Shown here piece by piece: positions 26,244-32,000 of a DNA stretch of 32,000 bases (position 1 is its first letter; every line of letters begins with the position of its first letter). Below the pieces are notes generated by a model. That model was not told the origin of the DNA and made no database searches. It was given only the letters and a program-made list of their open reading frames with translations. Origin of the DNA: Enterobacteriaceae bacterium RIT693 (lineage in GTDB: Bacteria; Pseudomonadota; Gammaproteobacteria; Enterobacterales; Enterobacteriaceae); NCBI GenBank assembly GCA_009668225.1, contig WJYK01000007.1:218794-250793 (forward strand). Direction: 5' to 3'. The position numbers and the translations under genes are program-made.

Positions 26244-27860
26244 ATGAACACAACTAGCGATTTGGTCTGTGACGTACTCATTGTCGGTAGCGGAGCTGCC
26301 GGTCTCTCCCTCGCGCTGCGTCTTGCACAAGACAGCAACGTCATCGTGCTTAGCAAAGGTCCGATTAGCGAAGGTTCAACCTTTTACGCTCAGGGCGGAA
26401 TTGCAGCCGTTTTTGATGAAACCGACAGCATTGACTCCCACATTGACGACACGCTGATTGCCGGAGCCGGTATCTGTGACCGCGATGCCGTAGAGTTTGT
26501 TGCCAGTAATGCGAAACACTGCGTCCAGTGGCTTATTGACCAGGGGGTAATGTTCGATACCCACACGCTGGCTAATGGTGAAGAGAGTTATCATTTAACG
26601 CGTGAAGGCGGTCATAGTCATCGCCGCATTCTTCACGCCGCTGATGCTACAGGTAAAGAGGTAGAAACTACGCTAGTCAGCAAAGCACTTAATCATCCGA
26701 ACATTCGGGTTATCGAGCGCAGCAATGCCGTGGATTTAATTATCTCTGACAAAATTGGGTTACCTGGCACAAGGCGTGTTGTCGGCGCGTGGGTCTGGAA
26801 CCGTAACCTTGAAAAGGTCGAAACCTGCCGTGCTAAAGCCGTAGTGTTGGCGACAGGCGGGGCTTCGAAGGTTTATCAATATACAACAAACCCGGATATC
26901 GCCTCTGGCGACGGAATCGCCATGGCATGGCGTGCGGGCTGCCGCGTTGCCAATCTTGAGTTCAACCAATTCCACCCAACGGCGCTCTTTCACCCGCAGG
27001 CCAGAAACTTCCTGTTAACTGAGGCACTGCGTGGCGAAGGCGCCTGGCTAAAGCGCCCGGACGGAACAAGGTTTATGCCGGACTTTGATGAGCGGGCTGA
27101 GCTGGCTCCGCGAGATGTCGTCGCCCGCGCTATCGATCACGAAATGAAGCGTCTGGGTGCGGACTGCATGTATCTTGATATCAGCCATAAGCCAGAAACG
27201 TTTGTACGCCAGCACTTCCCTACTATTTATGAAAAATTGCTTGGGTTGGGGATCGATTTAACTAAAGATCCCGTCCCTGTGGTGCCAGCAGCACATTATA
27301 CCTGCGGTGGCGTGATGGTTGATGAACATGGACGCACCGACGTTGACGGACTGTATGCTATTGGCGAAGTGACCTATACCGGGCTGCACGGCGCAAACCG
27401 AATGGCGTCAAATTCATTGCTTGAATGCATGGTCTATGGTTGGTCTGCCGCAGAAGATATTCTCAAGCGCTTGCCGTATGCCCGGGAGAGTAAACATTTA
27501 CCCGCATGGGATGACAGTCGGGTCGATAACCCCGACGAACGGGTTGTGATCCAGCATAACTGGCATGAGCTGCGGCTATTTATGTGGGATTACGTCGGCA
27601 TCGTTCGCACTACACGAAGGCTGGAGCGCGCATTACGCCGTATTACCATGCTCCAGCAGGAGATCGATGAGTACTATGCTAATTTCCGGGTGTCCAACAA
27701 CCTGCTTGAGTTGAGGAATCTGGTTCAGGTTGCCGAGCTTATCGTTCGCTGCGCCATGCAGCGTAAAGAAAGCCGCGGCCTTCACTTCACGCTCGACTAT
27801 CCGGAAAGGCTTGAGAACTCAGGCCCAAGCGTGCTCTCACCGCTTTACATAAATAAGTAG
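26244..27860 (+). CDS. nadB: L-aspartate oxidase
   Basis: 538 aa from [28 protein letters not shown], collinear with E. coli NadB. Confidence 0.95.
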   Translation: MNTTSDLVCDVLIVGSGAAGLSLALRLAQDSNVIVLSKGPISEGSTFYAQGGIAAVFDETDSIDSHIDDTLIAGAGICDRDAVEFVASNAKHCVQWLIDQGVMFDTHTLANGEESYHLTREGGHSHRRILHAADATGKEVETTLVSKALNHPNIRVIERSNAVDLIISDKIGLPGTRRVVGAWVWNRNLEKVETCRAKAVVLATGGASKVYQYTTNPDIASGDGIAMAWRAGCRVANLEFNQFHPTALFHPQARNFLLTEALRGEGAWLKRPDGTRFMPDFDERAELAPRDVVARAIDHEMKRLGADCMYLDISHKPETFVRQHFPTIYEKLLGLGIDLTKDPVPVVPAAHYTCGGVMVDEHGRTDVDGLYAIGEVTYTGLHGANRMASNSLLECMVYGWSAAEDILKRLPYARESKHLPAWDDSRVDNPDERVVIQHNWHELRLFMWDYVGIVRTTRRLERALRRITMLQQEIDEYYANFRVSNNLLELRNLVQVAELIVRCAMQRKESRGLHFTLDYPERLENSGPSVLSPLYINK

Positions 27861-28582
27861 AAATCCTGGGTCAGGCTGCAATAACCTTCTGAATAGGTTT
27901 GGTCTGGCCCACGGATCACCAGACGATCGCTATAGTATTCTCCACCCGTTGGGGAGAGTGCGAGCATCACACGATGGGGCAATCTCGTTTCGTTATCCGC
28001 AACGTCCGTACGATAGCGCACGTGCCAGCCCTGTGATTTCGCCAGCTCGCTGAACGCCGTACCTGAGGTTTCCGGCATAATGACGCAGAAAAAACCATCC
28101 TCGGTGATCAGCTGTTCAGCGCTGCTGAGGAGTGCCTGATGATCCAGGGTCGTCGTGTAGCGAGCCTGGGCGCGTTCCGCAGACGCACAGTTGCTGCCCT
28201 GCTCAAAGAAGGGTGGGTTGCTGACTATCAGCGAGTAGCGCTGGGTTGCCTGCTGCGCCCATTCACGAATATCGGCACAGTGCACGTTAATACGTGAAGC
28301 CCAGCGGCAGCCTTTCGCGTTTTCTGCCGCCTGTTCGGCGGCCACCGGATCCAGTTCAACGGCTTCAATCGTGACGTCATCGGCGGTTCTTTGGGCCAGC
28401 ATCAGCGCCAGCAATCCGCTGCCAGTGCCAATATCCAGAACGCTTTTCACGTTCACCACCGGCACCCACGCGCCAAGTAGCGTCCCATCGGTCCCCACTT
28501 TCATCGCGCAGCGATCGTGTGCCACAAAGAACTGTTTGAAAGTGAAACCATCCCGACGTAATACCGCTTTTTGATCCGACAT
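27845..28582 (-). CDS. trmN: tRNA1(Val) m6A37 methyltransferase (YfiC)
   Basis: 245 aa from [33 protein letters not shown], with the NPPF motif. Same length as E. coli YfiC. Confidence 0.9.
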   Translation of the reverse strand: MSDQKAVLRRDGFTFKQFFVAHDRCAMKVGTDGTLLGAWVPVVNVKSVLDIGTGSGLLALMLAQRTADDVTIEAVELDPVAAEQAAENAKGCRWASRINVHCADIREWAQQATQRYSLIVSNPPFFEQGSNCASAERAQARYTTTLDHQALLSSAEQLITEDGFFCVIMPETSGTAFSELAKSQGWHVRYRTDVADNETRLPHRVMLALSPTGGEYYSDRLVIRGPDQTYSEGYCSLTQDFYLFM

Positions 28583-28703
28583 CTTATCTACCTTGCAAAG
28601 AAACCGCCGTAGCATAAGTGAAACGAGCGACCACGGAAAGACACAAACAGATGAAGATCGCGGGCATAACGTCTATAATCGGCGTCCCAAATAGAGGTAG
28701 ACC

Positions 28704-30041
28704 ATGACTGTAAGCACTTTTTCCGAACTCGAACTTGATGAAAGCCTTTTGGACGCGCTCCAGGAGAAGGGCTTTACTCGCCCGACAGCAATCCAGGCTG
28801 CGGCCATTCCTCCTGCACTTGAAGGGCGCGATGTGCTGGGTTCAGCACCAACGGGTACCGGTAAAACCGCAGCTTACCTGCTGCCAGCGCTACAGCATCT
28901 GGTCGACTTCCCACGTAAAAAATCCGGCCCGCCGCGAATTCTTATCGTGACGCCGACCCGTGAACTGGCGATGCAGGTTGCCGACCACGCGCGTGAGCTG
29001 GCAAAGCATACCCATCTGGATATTGCGACCATCACCGGCGGCGTGGCATATATGAACCACGCTGAGGTTTTCAGCGAGAACCAGGATATTGTGGTCGCCA
29101 CCACCGGCCGACTGCTGCAATACATTAAGGAAGAGAACTTCGACTGCCGCGCGGTTGAAACCCTGATCCTTGATGAAGCGGACCGCATGCTGGACATGGG
29201 TTTTGCTCAGGATATTGAAACCATCGCGGCAGAAACCCGCTGGCGCAAGCAAACCATGCTGTTCTCTGCAACCCTGGAAGGCAACGCGGTTAAAGACTTT
29301 GCTGAGCGCCTGCTGGAAGATCCGGTGGAGGTTTCCGCCACGCCTTCCACCCGTGAACGCAAGAAGATCCATCAGTGGTACTACCGCGCTGATGACGTTG
29401 AGCACAAAACAAAATTGTTGGTTCACTTGCTGAACCAGCCTGATACCACCCGCTCTATCGTCTTCGTACGTAAGCGCGATCGTGTGCATGAGCTGGTTGC
29501 CTGGCTGCGCGAAGCGGGCATCAACACCTGCTATCTCGAAGGCGAAATGGTGCAGGCCAAGCGTAACGAAGCCATCAAACGTCTGACCGACGGCCGCGTT
29601 AATGTCCTGGTTGCCACCGACGTCGCTGCCCGTGGGATCGATATTCCTGACGTTAGCCACGTATTCAACTTTGACCTGCCGCGTACCGCGGATATCTACC
29701 TGCACCGTATCGGCCGTACCGGTCGTGCTGGTATGAAAGGTACTGCGATTTCACTGGTTGAAGCACACGATCATCTGCTGCTGGGTAAAATTACCCGCTA
29801 CATGAAAGAGCCGCTGAAGTCCCGCGTCTTCGATGAGCTGCGCCCAACCACGCGCGCGCCAAGCGAGAAGCTGACCGGTAAGCCATCGAAGAAAGTACTG
29901 GCCAAGCGCGAAGAGAAGAAGAAAGAGAAAGACAAAGAGAAGCCGCGCGTTAAAGTACGTCACCGTGACAAGAAAAACGTCGGCAAGCGCCGCAAGCCAA
30001 GTGCGGCTGCTGCGACAGAATCTACAAAAGTCGACGAATAA
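28704..30041 (+). CDS. srmB: ATP-dependent DEAD-box RNA helicase SrmB
   Basis: 445 aa with AxTGTGKT, DEAD, SAT and HRIGRTGR motifs and a lysine-rich tail. Confidence 0.95.
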   Translation: MTVSTFSELELDESLLDALQEKGFTRPTAIQAAAIPPALEGRDVLGSAPTGTGKTAAYLLPALQHLVDFPRKKSGPPRILIVTPTRELAMQVADHARELAKHTHLDIATITGGVAYMNHAEVFSENQDIVVATTGRLLQYIKEENFDCRAVETLILDEADRMLDMGFAQDIETIAAETRWRKQTMLFSATLEGNAVKDFAERLLEDPVEVSATPSTRERKKIHQWYYRADDVEHKTKLLVHLLNQPDTTRSIVFVRKRDRVHELVAWLREAGINTCYLEGEMVQAKRNEAIKRLTDGRVNVLVATDVAARGIDIPDVSHVFNFDLPRTADIYLHRIGRTGRAGMKGTAISLVEAHDHLLLGKITRYMKEPLKSRVFDELRPTTRAPSEKLTGKPSKKVLAKREEKKKEKDKEKPRVKVRHRDKKNVGKRRKPSAAAATESTKVDE

Positions 30042-30046
30042 CATCC

Positions 30047-30073
30047 ACGCCGGGAAAACCCCGGCGTTTTTTA
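30047..30073 (+). terminator. srmB intrinsic terminator
   Basis: ACGCCGGG-aaaac-CCCGGCGT followed by TTTTTATT, 6 nt after the srmB stop. It overlaps the 3' end of convergent yfiE. Confidence 0.8.
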
Positions 30074-30955
30074 TTGCCCCGGCTCAGCGTTCTCCTGCAG
30101 GCATTCCATAAAAATCTTCATCGCCGGGCTGATCACCTTCCCCGCATGATGCGCACAGATCGCATTGATCGTCAGCAACGGTTCGCTGAACGGCAGCTCC
30201 ACTAGCTCCCCGGACAAAAGCTCTTTCTCAACGGTAAAACGAGGCAAAAAGCTCACACCGAGATTCGCGGCCACGCACTGCTTAATACTTTCAATGCTCC
30301 ATAGCTCGATGGTGTTTTCCAGCGTGATCCTGCGCTTTCTCAACTGTTCTTCAAAGATCTGCCGGAACACGCACTGCGGCTCGTTGATCACAAAACTGAC
30401 AGGGATGTGCCTGTCCGTATGTCGGAAGTCAATCTCCTCGCGTGCCGGCGACGCCACCAGCACCAGCGAAGGCTCACTAATCGCCTGCATATGCAACGCT
30501 TCGTCATTCCCCACGCGGTAGAACACGCCGAGATCGACCCGATCGTCCAGGAGCGCATCGCGAATCGTGTAGCAGTTCAAAGACTGCAGAGAGAGTTTGA
30601 CTCGAGGTGCCCTCTCCTTAAAACGCTGCAGCACGCGCGGCATTTTGTACGCCAGCAACGTTTCACCACTTGCGATCCTGAGTTCACCCTCTGGCTCAGA
30701 GTCCGGCCTGGCGGCCTGCCTGATGGTATCGACGACGCGCGTCAGCTCATAAACGTGAGGCATGAGCTTTTTGCCGCTTTCGGTTAAACGCATCCGTCGG
30801 CCAATTTTTTCAAACAGCCGCAGCGAAAGCTCCTGTTCAAGCTGCTGTATATGAAAAGTGACCGTCGACTGCGTGCAGCACAGCTTCTGCGATGCCAGCA
30901 GGAACGACCCCTCCTCCACCACCGTTTTTAACGTGACAAACCGACGTAAATCCAT
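30071..30955 (-). CDS. yfiE: LysR-family transcriptional regulator YfiE
   Basis: 294 aa, MDLRRFVTLKTVVEEGSFLLASQKLCCTQSTVTFHIQQLE, collinear with E. coli YfiE and divergent from eamB. Confidence 0.85.
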   Translation of the reverse strand: MDLRRFVTLKTVVEEGSFLLASQKLCCTQSTVTFHIQQLEQELSLRLFEKIGRRMRLTESGKKLMPHVYELTRVVDTIRQAARPDSEPEGELRIASGETLLAYKMPRVLQRFKERAPRVKLSLQSLNCYTIRDALLDDRVDLGVFYRVGNDEALHMQAISEPSLVLVASPAREEIDFRHTDRHIPVSFVINEPQCVFRQIFEEQLRKRRITLENTIELWSIESIKQCVAANLGVSFLPRFTVEKELLSGELVELPFSEPLLTINAICAHHAGKVISPAMKIFMECLQENAEPGQ

Positions 30956-31059
30956 TCAGCCTCCATTACATCGAAATCATCGAATTCTGAGTATAGAAAC
31001 ATTCATTTTTTTAAAGTTTCCGCTTTGCGTACTCTCAGCGAAAACAAAGGAGAACTCAA

Positions 31060-31647
31060 GTGGTCGCCATTTTCTTTAGCGCTTTCTGGACATACACCCT
31101 CATTACCGCCCTGACGCCGGGGCCCAACAATATTCTGGCGTTAAGCACCGTCACCGGCCACGGGCTGCGGCAAAGCAGCCGCGTGCTGGCGGGAATGAGC
31201 CTTGGATTTCTGATTATCATGCTGCTGTGCGCGGGCATCGCCTTCTCACTCGTTAGTCTCGATCCGAGATTTACCCGCGTTCTTGGCGGGATCGGCGGGA
31301 TTTACATTCTCTGGTTGGCGCTGAAGATCGTCACCAGCCAGCCGCCGGGCTCGACGACGGAAGCTCAGCCGATCGGCTTCTGGGCCAGCTTTGGCCTGCA
31401 GTTCTTAAACGTAAAAATTATTCTTTACGGCATCACCGCCCTGTCGACCTTTGTCTTACCATATACGGAGGAAATAAGCGGCATCGTGGGAATGAGCGTG
31501 GTGCTGGCGGCAATAGGGAGTTTTGGGAATCTTTGCTGGGCGCTGGCCGGTCATCTGTTCCAGAAGGTGTTTCAACGCTTTGGACGTTCGCTGAATATTA
31601 TTCTGGCGTTGATGCTGGTTTACTGTGCGGTGAGGATCTTTTACTAA
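31060..31647 (+). CDS. eamB: cysteine/O-acetylserine exporter (LysE/RhtB family)
   Basis: 195 aa with a GTG start preceded by AAGGAG. FWTYTLITALTPGPNNILALS... ends ...VYCAVRIFY as in E. coli EamB (YfiK). Confidence 0.9.
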   Translation: MVAIFFSAFWTYTLITALTPGPNNILALSTVTGHGLRQSSRVLAGMSLGFLIIMLLCAGIAFSLVSLDPRFTRVLGGIGGIYILWLALKIVTSQPPGSTTEAQPIGFWASFGLQFLNVKIILYGITALSTFVLPYTEEISGIVGMSVVLAAIGSFGNLCWALAGHLFQKVFQRFGRSLNIILALMLVYCAVRIFY

Positions 31648-31650
31648 CGT

Positions 31651-31679
31651 AAAAGAGCGCCAGAAGGCGCTCTTTTTTC
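31651..31679. terminator. bidirectional intrinsic terminator between eamB and grcA
   Basis: AAAAGAGCGCC-agaa-GGCGCTCTTTTTT, with an A-run and a T-run flanking an 8-bp GC stem, between two convergent genes. Confidence 0.8.
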
Positions 31680-31697
31680 ACTACGGCAGGAACTGAA

Positions 31698-32000
31698 TTA
31701 CAGGCTTTCAGTGAAAGTACGGGTGATAACGTCGCGTTGCTGTTCCGGGGTCAGAGAGTTGAAGCGAACCGCATAGCCAGAAACACGAATCGTCAGCTGC
31801 GGATATTTTTCCGGATGCTTAACGGCGTCTTCCAGCGTTTCGCGACGCAGAACATTAACATTCAGGTGCTGACCGCCTTCTACGCGAACTTCCGGTTTCA
31901 CTTCCATTGGAATTTCACGGTATTCGAATTGACCCAGTTTGCTCACCGCGACAACTTCATCTTCTGCAAAGCCAGCTTTTGCGCAGACGCAGCGCGCCTC
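31698..32000 (-). CDS. grcA: autonomous glycyl radical cofactor GrcA (YfiD), C-terminal 100 aa; the 5' end lies beyond the window
   Basis: The minus-strand frame is open to the window edge: [38 protein letters not shown]...[29 protein letters not shown], with the glycyl-radical motif RVSGYAV. Confidence 0.95.
   Translation of the reverse strand, partial: EARCVCAKAGFAEDEVVAVSKLGQFEYREIPMEVKPEVRVEGGQHLNVNVLRRETLEDAVKHPEKYPQLTIRVSGYAVRFNSLTPEQQRDVITRTFTESL

Overview
Enterobacteriaceae chromosomal segment, syntenic with the E. coli K-12 glrR-to-grcA region. The core genes, in window order, are glrR' (partial), qseG, glrK, the sRNA glmY, purL, mltF, tadA, pgpC, yfhH, yfhL, acpS, pdxJ, recO, era, rnc, lepB, lepA, rseC, rseB, rseA, rpoE, nadB, trmN, srmB, yfiE, eamB and grcA' (partial). 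Most of the window is ordinary housekeeping DNA. Several known regulatory sites can be read directly: the glmY sigma54 promoter with three GlrR sites, the purL PurR box, the rpoE sigmaE promoter, the nadB NadR box, the rnc leader hairpin and several intrinsic terminators. There are two accessory insertions. (1) A hexapeptide-repeat sugar O-acetyltransferase gene lies between purL and the glmY control region. (2) A ~4.2 kb islet (about 11.9-16.1 kb) lies between yfhH and yfhL, and it is the interesting part. All on the minus strand, it reads: a cleavable cI/LexA-like repressor, an intrinsic terminator, a PL-like promoter with repeated operator-like sites, a lambda-type nutL (boxA plus a boxB matching my recalled lambda nutR boxB), a lambda N antiterminator homolog, then directly a holin, a SAR endolysin, nested Rz/Rz1 spanins, a strong terminator, a leaderless family I.1 lipase, and finally a decayed nuclease-bacteriocin tail with a frameshifted Im-type immunity gene. 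There is no integrase, cro, replication, Q or structural gene. I interpret this as a domesticated lambda-type switch and antitermination module wired to a lysis cassette and a signal-peptide-less lipase. This would be a candidate SOS-inducible, lysis-mediated (type-10-secretion-like or colicin-release-like) enzyme release system. The function is inference only.
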